Assembly: GCA_964016885.1 (NCBI GenBank)
Contig: OZ024750.1
Span: 32,612,001 to 32,676,000, forward strand
Length of the DNA stretch: 64,000 nt
Direction of reading: 5' to 3'
Origin: Eledone cirrhosa
Taxonomy: Eukaryota
Part shown: piece by piece, positions 38,478-51,707 of the stretch
Layout: every line of letters begins with the position of its first letter
Position numbering within the stretch: the first letter of the stretch is position 1
Translations under genes and position numbers: made by a program
Notes under the pieces: generated by a model
Told to the model about the DNA's origin: nothing
Databases searched by the model: none
What the model saw: only the letters and a program-made list of their open reading frames with translations

Positions 38478-38880
38478 CTTAAATAAAGATGTTAGTTACC
38501 TCCCTTTATTTGCCCAAAGTAAAAAGAAGTTAAAAAGGTAAATTCATATTAGAATATTCCTAAAACATTTTCCTATTATTTATTAACTATTTCCTTCTAA
38601 TTTCAAATCAAATATATACATTAAAACTATCTAAACATACTTCACTAATACAATATTATGTTTATTTTACGAAACTGTGGCTGCGAATAATGATTTAAAG
38701 CTATAGTTGATTTATTATGAGTTACTACACAGCTGTTTTCTCGCATGATGTAATTGTTGTAGTTTCACAGATCCACACAATTCAATATCGGTATCGAATG
38801 TATACTGTATGTTTAGTTTTACTGTCAACAATATAACTCACTTAATACATGTCTACACATACATACATATATATATATTA

Positions 38881-38953
<73 letters not shown>

Positions 38954-39089
38954 TCTTTATTAGCCACAGGGGCACAAAAGAAGGGGACAAATACAAAGGG
39001 GGAAGTTTACATACAATAAAAACGTGTAAAATATCATCACAAATGCAATTTAAAAATATATATATATATATATATATATATTTATTATA

Positions 39090-39174
39090 TCATACAAACG
39101 AAACAGTTCTACTCTTGTAGAAGCTATTTCTATATTAAATATTGATGTTTTCACTCTACTAATTTATTGAGTCC

Positions 39175-39226
<52 letters not shown>

Positions 39227-39302
39227 TGAGTGAAATTGGGCGTAACCCCAGTAAACAAGGACTCAATAAATTAGTAGAGTTAAAACATCAATATTTAATA
39301 TA

Positions 39303-39308
<6 letters not shown>
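39090..39308. mobile_element. Two inverted PLE-like tail pieces around a (TA)n tract (family of 41456/53341)
   Basis: GAAACAGTTCTACTCTTGTAGAA..ACTCTACTAATTTATTGAGTCC mirrored at 39258-39308. Confidence 0.65.
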
Positions 39309-39384
<76 letters not shown>

Positions 39385-39409
39385 ATATACGTATGTGGAT
39401 GATGGCTGG

Positions 39410-39540
39410 GAGAAAAGAGAAAAAAATACTCCATACCAAAGTAGAGTTTAAATATTCATTTTATTAAAGCTAAATAGTGAGTCTTGTTACTACTGTTTAT
39501 CACAGGCTCATCAGAACAATACTTCTCTGATGACCTGTTG
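39410..39540 (-). mobile_element. Fold-back PLE-like remnant
   Basis: Minus strand CTGATGAGCC.. then ACTCTACTTTGGTATGGAGT stem; small inversion TCATCAGA..TCTGATGA. Confidence 0.5.
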
Positions 39541-39651
39541 ATCAACCTCATAATTGTAAGCATGACACTCTAACTACTAAGCCTTGTGCCTCCAATAAAT
39601 AAATTATATATATGGATATGGATAGCAATCTAAACCCTTATTATTATTATG

Positions 39652-39870
39652 TGTGGTGGATTAGCAGGATTGGTAGAGCGTCGGACGATAGGCTTAATGG
39701 TATAGTGTTACAGACTTTTGCGTTCTGAGATCAAATCCTGCTGAGATTGGCTTTGACTTTAATCCTTACAGGGTCAATAAATAAAGTACCAGTAATGCAC
39801 TGAGGATCGATTTAATTGACTTTTCCCTCCCCAAAATTACTGGCCTTGTGCCTATACTAGAAGTCATTGT
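39652..39870 (+). mobile_element. SINE family A
   Basis: Family A consensus, diverged. Confidence 0.8.
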
Positions 39871-39902
<32 letters not shown>

Positions 39903-39904
<2 letters not shown>

Positions 39905-40230
39905 TTTCATGATTTCATTTTACGTCCGCTTTTCCCTGCTTGCAAGGGTGGGGCGGGAACTGATTCTGGCTTGATTTCTACAGCTGGATGCCCTTCCTAA
40001 GACCAACATCATTTACAATGCTTTTTTGCCGTGGCACCTCTACGGCCACTTTGCAGTGGAATGTTAGGGACCCCAGTCCCTATCATCTCATTTCTACAGC
40101 TGAGTGGACTGGAGAAATGTGAAATAAAGTGTCTTGCTCAAGGAAACAACACATCATCCGGTCTGAGAATTGAACTCACAACCTTTCGATTGCAAGGCCA
40201 ATGCTCTAACCACTAAGCCATGTGCCTTCA
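39903..40230 (-). mobile_element. SINE family B
   Basis: Reverse complement with a small internal deletion. Confidence 0.9.
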
Positions 40231-41048
40231 TGTGTATATATATATATATCACTTGTTCATAATCTCAGAAAGTTACTTCTTCCTACTATTAAAATTTATT
40301 TTCACATGTAACAGATGTTCTCAGATTTCTATAGAATTTCTCTTTATTCTTTATTCCCCTCTTAGAATACATAATATTTTTTATGCGTTAATATTAGATA
40401 TTTACACACAAAACAAAGAGAGAAAATAGAAAACCAAATCTTAAGTACCAGATGGTTCATATTTTATATATTTGAGTACTGTTGATCCTACAGATATATA
40501 GATAGCTCTTGTTGAATGAAAACAATATTTTTATTAGGTATTCTGCTGCTGACAAAGCTGTCAATTGTGAAAAGCATCATGGCTTCACATACATACTTCA
40601 TAAATTATATAATAATCAGAAAAAGAATGATACTGGTGTTTACTAAGGGGTAAGATATATATATATGATATATATATATATGCATGATATACATAATATA
40701 TATGTATATATGATATATATGATATATAAGATATACATGATATATATGATAGAATGAACTTCTGGTTAAGTCATCAATATATATAAAGAATTTTAATAAC
40801 AAATATAATGGTAGAATTAAAAGAAAAGTTTGCTACATATATTTACAAATATAGCCACTAAAATATATGTATGGACGTATGGACTCGTAACTCCTGAGGG
40901 TGTTGTAGGGGGCTGTAGTGGCATACAGCATTTTTAGGGTATTTTTAACCTGGTGAAGCCCGTCTCCTTTCAGGCTGGTGCTGATCCCAGTTTCCATGGC
41001 ATGAAGTGACCAAGAGTACAAGATGCCACACAGGACAGGGGTTCTGGG

Positions 41049-41280
41049 GTAACCCATTAGCATTTAAACCGGCTGTATACAGCCAGAATTCTCTCACCTC
41101 TTTCTGTTCAAACCAGCTGTAACTGGCTGTAACTGGCTGCTCATACTGAAATTAAGGTATTGTTCTCAAAATAAATAATATCAACATCACGTGGATTTAA
41201 CATTATATGAGATAATTAAGTGAGGTAAAGCCTTTACCTTGAATGCAAATGTAAAAGTAATGCAAATGCTAAAGGGTTAA
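41049..41280. mobile_element. piggyBac-type MITE nested in a family C SINE (40950-41370, -)
   Basis: (G)TAACCCATTAGCATT..AATGCTAAAGGGTTAA; SINE sequence continues on both sides. Confidence 0.78.
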
Positions 41281-41455
41281 ACCCGCAGCTACTGCTGATA
41301 CTCATTTTCAGCTGAGTATATTGGAGCAGCACACAACCCAGTCCAGGAATCAAACCCACAACATCATGCTCATATGTCAATTGTTATGTTGTTAAAGCAA
41401 GCTGCAATCAATGGCAAGAACAGTGTTGTGGTCAAGTTCCCCAACCCCATATATA

Positions 41456-41500
41456 TTCCTGATGATTTCATACAAATGAAACAGTTCTAGTCCTGTAGAA
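41456..41500 (+). ncRNA. Type I hammerhead ribozyme in a PLE-like tail (to about 41595)
   Basis: TTC-CTGATGA-TTTCATACAAAT-GAAACAG-TTCTAGTC-CTGTA|GAA; downstream ACTC..TATTGAGTAC. Confidence 0.72.
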
Positions 41501-41627
41501 GTTATTTCTATTTATAATAAAGATGCTGTTACTCTACCAACGTATTGAGTACCTTTTTTAACTGGGGTTACCTCCAAACACAACACGGGAAGTTATATAT
41601 ATATATATATATAAAGGCACATATATG

Positions 41628-41975
41628 GAGGCACATGGCTTAGTGGTTAGAGCATTGGCCTTGCAATCGAAAGGTTGTGAGTTCAATTCTCAGACCGGGT
41701 GATGTGTTGTTTCCTTGAGCAAGACACTTTATTTCACATTGCTCCAGTTTACTCAGCTGTAGAAATTAGATGATAGGGACTGGGGTCTATATCATTCCAC
41801 TGCAAAGTGGTCGTGGAGGTGCCACGGCAAAAAAGCACCCAGCACTCACTGTAAATGAGGTTGGTGTTAGGAAGGGCATCCAGCTGTAGAAATCAAGCCA
41901 GTATCAGTTCCCGTCCCACCCTTGCAAGCAGGGAAAAGCGGACGTAAAATGAAATGAAATGAAATGATGATGATA
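41628..41975 (+). mobile_element. SINE family B
   Basis: Full length. Confidence 0.92.
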
Positions 41976-42108
41976 TAAAAGATGTAAAATAAGAAAATTA
42001 TAGTAATTAGCTTACTTACTTAAATTTCACTCCAACTAATTAGTTTCTGAAAACCTATATCTTTGCTAGCATAGGTTACATCTGTATAAATATGTTGGTA
42101 TACTAATT

Positions 42109-42142
<34 letters not shown>

Positions 42143-42144
<2 letters not shown>

Positions 42145-42332
42145 GTACGTTATTCCGGGTTGAATCGGAGGTAACCACAGTAAGTAAGGTACTCAATACA
42201 TTGCAGAGTATAAAAGTTTTAATATAGATGAGATTCTACAGGACTAGAACTGTTTCATTCTTGTAGAATCCTGTAGAATTCCTGTAGAATTCTTGTAGAA
42301 TTCCTGTAGAATCTCATCTATATTAAAACTAA
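42143..42332 (-). mobile_element. Fold-back PLE-like insertion (family of 53341)
   Basis: Reverse complement of 53430-53547; turn filled by about 5 copies of TCCTGTAGAAT. Confidence 0.75.
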
Positions 42333-42439
42333 TATATATATATATATATAGTATTAGTTATACTATTTATGGTTATGTAAATACAAAACCTTATGCAGTT
42401 ATAAGTATTTTTTATATACACCCTAAATAGTGGTAGGCA

Positions 42440-42588
42440 GTAATGTATTACTACCTTATTACCAGTAAGTTAAGTAGCTCAATGTAAAAACATCAGATGA
42501 TTTACAGAGCAGTTATATGAAATATAAGAATCAAAGAACTGTTCAAAACATTAATGTTTTGAACAGTTCTTTGATTCTTATATTTCAT

Positions 42589-42592
<4 letters not shown>
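42440..42592 (-). mobile_element. Fold-back insertion (78-bp perfect palindrome + tail)
   Basis: 42514-42591 palindrome; minus-strand tail begins AACTGCTC..GAGC. Confidence 0.65.
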
Positions 42593-42646
<54 letters not shown>

Positions 42647-42868
42647 CATATATTCATTTATTATGGCTATGTAGTGAGTTTTGTTACTCTGGAGTTTCAC
42701 CTGTATAGTGGCAGGATCATCAGACAAGATTCTTGTCTTGTTTGATGATCCCGATGAACAAGGCTCACCACCTTGCCATATATAGTGAATATTTAAACTA
42801 TTTTTAGGTATTGGAATTGAATTCTTTTCATGTCCATCAATAATACACGGATATCTATACATATATAT

Positions 42869-43496
42869 TGTTATACTTTGGGAGGGTCATGTTGCCAATA
42901 AGAAACACACGCACCAGTTGCATTCACTTCAATTTATTATATATTTATAAATTTATAAATTTACAAATCTACAAATTTATAAATTTCTGGTTGGTTGGTT
43001 GGTTCCACAACCAGATAGTTGTTTATATATAGTAATAGAAAATAGAAAATATGAGTGGAACAGCAACATCACAACTTACAATTAAGGACAAAATGAAAAC
43101 ACACACATAGAACAAACAACCAACCAATAACATGTAAATAAATAAACAAATAGATAAATGAACACAAACACACACAGACACCCGGATGTGGCGCATGCGC
43201 AAACTGAGCACACAACACACACACAGAAACAAAATGGCGTAGGACAGAAGAAAGGAAAGGCACAGAAACAAAGAAAGGAATCCCTAGTCACTGAAGAGGT
43301 CACAGAGTATGTGACGAAAGGACTATGACTATATATAAACAACTATCTGGTTGTGGAACCAACCAACCAACCAACCAGAAATTTATAAATTTGTAGATTT
43401 GTAAATTTATAAATTTATAAATATATAATAAATTGAAGTGAAAGCAACTGGTGCATGTGTTTCTTATTGGCAACATGACCCTCCCAAAGTATAACA
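42869..43496. mobile_element. Non-autonomous DNA transposon with about 165-bp TIRs, TGT..ACA ends, ATAT TSD (Ginger-type)
   Basis: ATAT|TGTTATACTTTGGGAGGGTCATG ... CATGACCCTCCCAAAGTATAACA|ATAT; related ends at about 55828 and about 50394-50417. Confidence 0.75.
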
Positions 43497-43749
43497 ATAT
43501 CGGTTTCAACACACGATTTCAGATAAAGAAATTCAGAAACGAAATATACATATATATTTTTATATATTTCCATTTTGCTTCAATCTATGCATATAGTATT
43601 ATAGTATTAAACATATAGTTCACTGGTGTATAATAATTTTTTCTTACTTGTCATTAGTATTTCACCTGCATTAGATTCAGGCTTGTGTGCGCATGTTTGC
43701 CTGTATACAAACAAATGAGTGAAATGTTTCTCATGATATATATATATAT

Positions 43750-43915
43750 AATTCCCCTTAGAGAATCTGGTCCCTTACGATTTGAACACATATATGTATA
43801 TATCTGTGTTCGTTTTTCTTTTATATTCTATTATAATATACGGCTCGGAAATATCTCTTTCTTAGAGCTATTTTGTTGTAAGAGACTATTTTGAGTTCCT
43901 AACTCAATATATACC
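43750..43915 (+). mobile_element. PLE-like tail (family of 49018-49275)
   Basis: Matches the reverse complement of 49025-49180; GCTCGG..TAGAGC stem. Confidence 0.6.
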
Positions 43916-43931
43916 TTTGATATATATATAT

Positions 43932-44208
43932 GGGTGATGTGTTGTTTCCTTGAGCAAGACACTTTATTTCACATTGCTCCAGTTTACTCAGCTGTAGAAA
44001 TGAGATGATAGGGACTGGGGTCCCTATCATTCCACTGCAAAGTGAATGTGTAGGTGCCACGGCAAAAAAGCACCCAGCACTCACTGTAAATGAGGTTGGT
44101 ATTAGGAAGGGCATCCAGTGTAGAAATCAAGCCAGAATCAGTTCCCGTCCCACCCTTGCAAGCAGGGAAAAGCAGACGTAAAATGATGATGATGATGATG
44201 ATGATGAT
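43932..44208 (+). mobile_element. SINE family B, 5'-truncated
   Basis: Starts inside the CORE-like region at a TA tract. Confidence 0.9.
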
Positions 44209-44332
44209 ATATATATTTATATATATAGTTTAGTGATTGTAACATCCAGTTACTGTAGTTTCACCAGCTGTGAACATTCGATGCGTAGTTTCCAGTAGAT
44301 ATAATGGTGTTGTACTAAGCAGAGTGTAATAC

Positions 44333-44620
44333 TAATAATAATAAAAAGGACGAAGTGTTAGATATTGATTACATTTATTGAGGTGTGACGCGTGTTTCAC
44401 AATTAATCCATCAACTCAAGACTCAAACTGTATTGATCTAGCCTGACTCTGGATTCAAAAGCTTGTCATTATAGTAACAGATGTCCAACGAGCTTTTGAT
44501 TCTAGAGTCAGGTCAAATCCATACAGATCGCCTCATGAGCTGATCAATCGCAAAATGCACGTCACACCTCAATAAATGCAATGAAGATTTAATACTTCTT
44601 CCTTTTTATTATTATTATTA
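44333..44620. mobile_element. Old fold-back PLE pseudo-LTR with decayed hammerheads
   Basis: Diverged inverted arms; left arm (-) GAAACACGCGTC, right arm CTCATGAGC..GCAAAATGCACGTC. Confidence 0.6.
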
Positions 44621-44635
44621 TCATGTATATATAAG

Positions 44636-44855
44636 GGCGGTGGATTGGCAGTGTTGATAGAGGGCCGGACGCCATGCTTTGCAGCATAGAGTTACTGTCC
44701 TTTATGATCTGAGTTCAAATCCCGCCGAAGTTAACTTTGCCTTTCATCCTTACGGAATCGATAAAATAAAGTACCAATCACGCACTGGGGTCAATTTAAT
44801 CGACTTTCCCCTCCACCAAAATTGCTGGCCTTGTGCCTATATAAGAAACAATTAT
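44636..44855 (+). mobile_element. SINE family A with TSD
   Basis: ATTATTATCATGTATATA on both sides. Confidence 0.88.
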
Positions 44856-44871
44856 TATCATGTATATAGAG

Positions 44872-45045
44872 GGAAATGACTTCTACAGGACTAGAACTGT
44901 TTCATTTATATGAAAGTAGAAGTCATTTCTATATATAACATGATGCCTATACTCTACCAATATATTGAGTACCTTCTTTAATTGTGGGTCCCCATCCCTG
45001 ACACCACTCGGAAAACTACTCACCACCATTGGGGTCCTGAAGTTT
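44872..45045 (+). mobile_element. Fold-back PLE-like remnant (family of 41456/53341)
   Basis: GAAATGACTTCTAC..GTAGAAGTCATTTC inversion; ACTCTACCAATATATTGAGTAC. Confidence 0.6.
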
Positions 45046-45237
45046 TCATATATATGTATATATACATACATAGACCTAGGGATATTCAAGTATTTTCTTC
45101 TTCTTCCCAATTACCAATGTATCAAGCAGTGTCTCTTATGACATCGAATTCTACGACTACAACCAATTTACAAATTAAGGAATCCCAAGACATTCTCACG
45201 TCAATTGTTTACATATATCTCACATTAGTTCATTCCG

Positions 45238-45526
45238 TACACACACTCACGCATACACACACTGTCTCTCTCTCTATCTCTCACATACACACACTATCTC
45301 TCTCTCTCACATACACACATTGTCTCTCTCTCTCTCACATACACACACACTCTCTCTCTCTCTCTCTTTCTATCTCTCTCTCTCACACACACACACTCTC
45401 TCTCTCACATACACAAACACTCTCTCTCTCTCTCTTTCTATCTCTCTCTCACATACACACACTCTCTCTCTATTTCTCTCTCTCTCTCTCTCTCTCTCTC
45501 ACATACACACACACTCTATCTCTCAC

Positions 45527-45568
<42 letters not shown>

Positions 45569-45792
45569 GTACACACACACTCTCTCTATCTTTCTCTCTC
45601 TTTTTCTCTCACTCACTCTCTCTCCTGCTCATACACACACACTCTCTCTCTCTCTCTCACACATACACATACTCTCTCTTTCACATACACACATACACAC
45701 CCTCTCTCTCTCTCTCTCACACACACACATACACAGACACTCTCTTTCACTCATACACACCCTCTTTCTCTCTCTCTCTCTCACACACACCT
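45238..45792. repeat. Compound (CT)n/(CA)n microsatellite
   Basis: Direct reading. Confidence 0.95.
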
Positions 45793-45960
45793 CAAGCTCT
45801 TCTTTTATATTCATCTATTTTTATATCTATTTATTTTTTCTTTTCTACAAAGATATTGCGTGATGTTTTAAATCTTGTTTTCATGTCGCTTGAAATTAAA
45901 AAAAAAGAAATATATAAGAAAGATATGCAAGTGTGGTTTTGTTTGGAGTGGAATAGAATA

Positions 45961-46009
<49 letters not shown>

Positions 46010-46012
<3 letters not shown>

Positions 46013-46965
46013 TAACTGGATTAACAGATAATTGTGAGGGAAATGAAAACAAAGAAAAAACAACAATAGAAATTGTGAAAGACATAAAATTTAAATTGAA
46101 AACTGACATCCAGTATGCCATGTTAAAACGATGGCAAGAGAAATCCTTACATGGCCAATACCCCCAAAAAGCTAAATAGAAAGGAAGTAGACAAAGAAAA
46201 CACACAAAACTGGCTCTGAAGCACTGGACTAAAAGCTGAGATGGAAGGATTTCTAATTGCAGCACAGGACCAGAGTCTACTCACCAGAAACTACCAGAAG
46301 TACATAATGAAACAAAGCACAATAAGTAACTATAGAATATGTGGAGATAGGGAAGACACAATCAACCACATAGTCTCTGGATGCCCAGCTCTAGCAAAAA
46401 AAGAATATATCCACAGGCCTGATTGAGTTGGGACCTTCATACACTGGAAGTTATGCCAGCATTATGAAATATCAACAGAAAAAAAGATGGTACAAACACA
46501 CACCAGAAAAAGTATCAGAGAATGACAAAGCAACCATCCTCTGGGATATGCCATTACATACAGACAGAGAGATCAAGACCACAAAGAAAACAAATGCCTT
46601 CTAATAGATGTATCTATCCCCACAGATGATAATATACCTTCCAAGGAAATAGAGAAACTCTCCAAATATAAAGATCTAGCGATAAAAATAACTCAAATGT
46701 GGAAAATGGAAACAGAAACAATACCTATAATAATACGTGCCCTAGGAATGATAAAAGAAAAACACACAGACAAATACATAACCAAAACCCCAGGACTTAC
46801 AAATATATACAGCATACAAATGATAGCACTACTAGGCACTGCACAAATGTTACGAAAAGTACTCTCAATACAATAGAAGCAACACCAACAAAAACTACAC
46901 TGCACATACCCAAGGCACATAGAGCTGTGCTCGGTAAAGCAGTGATGATGCACGATAAAATAATA
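46010..46965 (+). mobile_element. R4/Dong-clade non-LTR retrotransposon, 5'-truncated and frameshifted, in (TAA)n
   Basis: W.EKSLHGQY, EGFLIAAQDQSL.TRNY, RICG..EDTINHIVSGC (CCHC), ILWD, LIDVSIP, EKLSKYKDL, ALLGTA..LRKVL*; (TAA)n on both sides. Confidence 0.9.
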
Positions 46966-46970
46966 ATGGA

Positions 46971-47005
<35 letters not shown>

Positions 47006-47008
47006 TAA

Positions 47009-47052
<44 letters not shown>

Positions 47053-47857
47053 TTATGTTTATGTTGCTTGTTTCCTACCTTTTTTTTATTATGAATCTGT
47101 GATTCAATGCATATCACCTGGCAGTTGTATTAATCAAACTTGTTGTGTGTCTAATAGTATTAACTCTTTTCACATCTCTCTCTTTCTTTATCTATCTCTC
47201 TTTCTCTTTCTCTCTATTTCTATCTCTCACTCTCTCTCGCTATCTATCTACTTCTCTCTTTTTATCTCTCTCTCTTTATTTATTTCTCTCTATCTCTATA
47301 TATCTATCTATTTATTCCTATCTTTCTCTCTGTCTTTCTCTCTCTCCCTCTCATCGTTTTCTCTCTATCATCTAATGGCCTCATTGACTTCTTCAGAAAT
47401 CGAATTTCTTTATATCAACTATTCAGCTTATAGAAATACTTGTCATGTTTATATATTACTCATTTATTACCTGTTTGATTTTCCTCTACGAAAAAAAAAA
47501 AAAAAAAAAGGAAAGAAAGATAAATTGACTATTCATATATCGATTAAGATTGGGATTTTTTTTAGAATCATATTTATTTATATTTATTGAATTATTTATA
47601 TTTTTCAATCATTCAATCACATTTCATTTTCGGTGTTTCCGAAACCATCAGAATTATCGTTTCCCAGGCAGTATCGATTACGTTGAGTAAAGAGCAACTC
47701 TGGGAATGCCCACGCTTAGCTTACTTTTCTTCTTCCTTTTATCAATTTCGTCTTACTTATTTATTTTCTTTTTTTTTTTTGTCTTTTTGTGTGTGAATGT
47801 GTTATTTCATGTGGTTTTCCAGTTTAAAATATTTGTGATTTTATCCTATTATCTTAC

Positions 47858-47936
<79 letters not shown>

Positions 47937-47956
47937 AATATATATATATGTATATA

Positions 47957-48157
47957 TATTTATTAAAATAACAGATTAAAGTTTAAGCAAAGAATCGCTG
48001 CTTTCACCCTTAAGATACCATTAAGGGTGAAAGTAGCGATTCTTTGCTTAAACTTTGATCTGTTATTTTAATATTTGCTCTAGGGTCCTTATATATCTGA
48101 TATATATTTATCCTTATCGAGCCCTCTTTGGATTTTAGTCTTCAAATTTATTATTAT

Positions 48158-48162
<5 letters not shown>
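47957..48162 (+). mobile_element. Fold-back PLE-like insertion (family of 9080)
   Basis: Arms fold at CACCCTTAA-GATACCA-TTAAGGGTGAAA; tail TTGCTCT..GAGC. Confidence 0.72.
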
Positions 48163-48937
<775 letters not shown>

Positions 48938-49017
48938 TATATATATACATATATATATTGGGTCGTCAAGTATGCAATTTGTAGAAATTTATAGAAAAAA
49001 CAAATTTCTACAAATTT

Positions 49018-49275
49018 CATACTTGGTATATATTGAGTCAGGAACTCAAAATAGTCTCTTACAACAAAATAGCTCTAAGAAAGAGATATTTCCGAGCCGT
49101 ATATTATAATTGAATATAAAAGAAAAACGAACACAGATATATACATATATGAGTTCAAATCGTAAGGGACCAGATTCGCTAAGGTGAAAAGAATACCAGC
49201 GAATCTGGTCCATTACGATTTGAACTCATATATGTATATATCTGTGTTCGTTTTTCTTTTATATTCAATTATAAT
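49018..49275 (-). mobile_element. Fold-back PLE-like insertion
   Basis: About 80-bp arms around about 49188; tail begins ACGGCTC..GAGC. Confidence 0.68.
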
Positions 49276-49294
49276 TATATATATATATATATTT

Positions 49295-49487
49295 AACGAA
49301 GGAAATGTGGTAAGGAACCAGGTGGACCATAACGCACCAAAGTACTCAATACTTAGGGTAGTAGAGTGGGTAATAGGAATGAGTAGGACCCCGACGGCTG
49401 AGCTCAAGCCGTTTCGACGGCTAATTCTGGACAGAATTAGCCGTCGAAACGGCTTGAGCTCAGCTGTCGGGGTCCTACTCGTTCCTA
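49295..49487 (-). mobile_element. Fold-back PLE-like insertion (family of 16074)
   Basis: Arms contain GAAACGGCT-TGAGCTC-AGCCGTC (hammerhead stem III + GUC). Confidence 0.78.
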
Positions 49488-49787
49488 TATATATATTTAT
49501 ATATATATATAATTGATTACATTTATATCAGATAGAAATATATAATATTATCAATTAATTATTGCTAGGAACCTTGTCAATGTAATACATAGTAATATAT
49601 AATCAAATTGAGAAAAAAAAACATCAATTTAAAACTAAGGGCATTTTCTGGCAAAAAGAGGGATGCATATGTTGTTAGTATTGTTATTGTTTAATGTCAA
49701 GTCAGCTAACACTTAGAGACATATTATGTTTTCTAATTTAGGCACAAGGCCAGCAATTTTGGGGAGGTGAAGAGGAAAGTTGATTAA

Positions 49788-50099
49788 GGGTGGTATTCAA
49801 CATTTCCCGGCTAAGCCACACAGTTCTTTATGGTGATCTGCCACAAGTTTGATCCTGTCATATGGCTGTTGCTGGTCATGTTTCCCACCATGATAAATTT
49901 GCAGGGAAACTGTTTCTCTGGCTACCAGATACAAAGCGAGGAATGGGACATTCAAAGATAACCACCAGGTTTCAGTTGGAAAGGGACACTGGCCTCACTG
50001 GATGGGATCTTCTTGCAGTAATGAGTGATCAGGGAGTCAGGAACAAGAACTTTGCAAATGCTTCACCTTTGACAGACAGATGGCTCAAAAAGAAGAAGA
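49788..50099 (+). mobile_element. RTE-like LINE 3' fragment nested in a family A SINE (49727-50225, -)
   Basis: AVAGHVSHHDKFAGKLFLWLPDTKRGMG..QLERDTGL..MSD; AAG tail; SINE sequence on both sides. Confidence 0.65.
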
Positions 50100-50530
50100 C
50101 TTTATTTTATCGATCTTCGAAAGATTAAAGGCAACATTGTTCTCAGTGGGATTTGAACTCAGAACATAAAGAGATTGAACATATTAATGAGCATTTTTCC
50201 GGCACTCTACCAATTCTGTCAATTGACTGCTGTTAGCAGACATAATTATTCTTACATTTGCCACAAAGCTAGCAATTTGAAGGGAAGGAGAAAGGCATTT
50301 AAATCAACTCCAGTAAATTACTGGTACCTTAATTTATCGTCCTTGTAAGGAAGAAAGGCAAAGCTAATATTGATAGGATTTGAACTCAGAACATATGACC
50401 CTCCCCAAATATAACAATATATATAACAATATATATATATATATATATATATATGTGTATATCTAACTGGTCAACTGCCTATAACTATACCCAAATATCC
50501 AACACATAAATATATATAAAATTATATATA

Positions 50531-50879
50531 TCATCATTCATCATCATCATTTCATTTTACGTCCGCTTTTTCCCTGCTTGCAAGGGTGGGACGGGAACTG
50601 ATTCTGGCTTGATTTCTACAGCTGGATGCCCTTCCTTACACCAACCTCATTTACAGTGAGTGCTGGGTGCTTTTTTGCCGTGGCACCTCCACGACCACTT
50701 TGCAGTGGAATGATATGGACCCCAGTCCCTATCATCTCATTTCTACAGCTGAGTGAACTGGAGAAATGTGAAATAAAGTGTCTTGCTCAAGGAAACAACA
50801 CATCATCCGGTCTGAGAATTGAACTTACAACCTTTCGATTGCAAGGCCAATGCTCTAACCACTAAGCCATGTGCCTCCA
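50531..50879 (-). mobile_element. SINE family B
   Basis: Full length. Confidence 0.92.
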
Positions 50880-51093
50880 TATATTATATATATTATATAT
50901 ATATAAAATACAAGTACATGTGTAGTATAAATGTCGACTTAAGTATCAGTATTGTTGGCAATCTACCACCCACCTACATGTAGACAATCCTTCAAGAGAA
51001 AAAGAACAATATTTATTTAAAGAAATATTAAGCAATGGGTAAGGCTATTGACATGTTAGAGGTAAAAAAATATATTACATAAAAATACATATG

Positions 51094-51138
<45 letters not shown>

Positions 51139-51227
51139 ATGTGTACATATATATATATGTGTGTGTGTATCTACATATATATATATATATAAAAGGTAAA
51201 CAGAAATAACAATGCAAACGTATATAC

Positions 51228-51332
<105 letters not shown>

Positions 51333-51674
51333 TGTGTATGTGTGTACAATGCATCAGAATTTTATTCTTAACAATTAGGAACAACTGATTGTTTTATTTT
51401 CTAGTCTGTTTAACTTTTATTTCTCTATATATTACTTCTATATATTTCTTCAACTCTGGGTGAGTTCCAGACTTATTAACTTCATCTATTATACTTTCTA
51501 TTGTAATCAATTTGTTTCTCTATTTCAATCACCTAAGCACAAGAAAAGAAATGAATTTTTTTTATTTATTTCGGTTTGATATTTATATATATATATTTCT
51601 TTTTGTTTTTATTTCATTTTATCTATTTATTTTTATATATTTCTTTCTTTATATTTAGTATTGTATCATTATTA

Positions 51675-51707
<33 letters not shown>

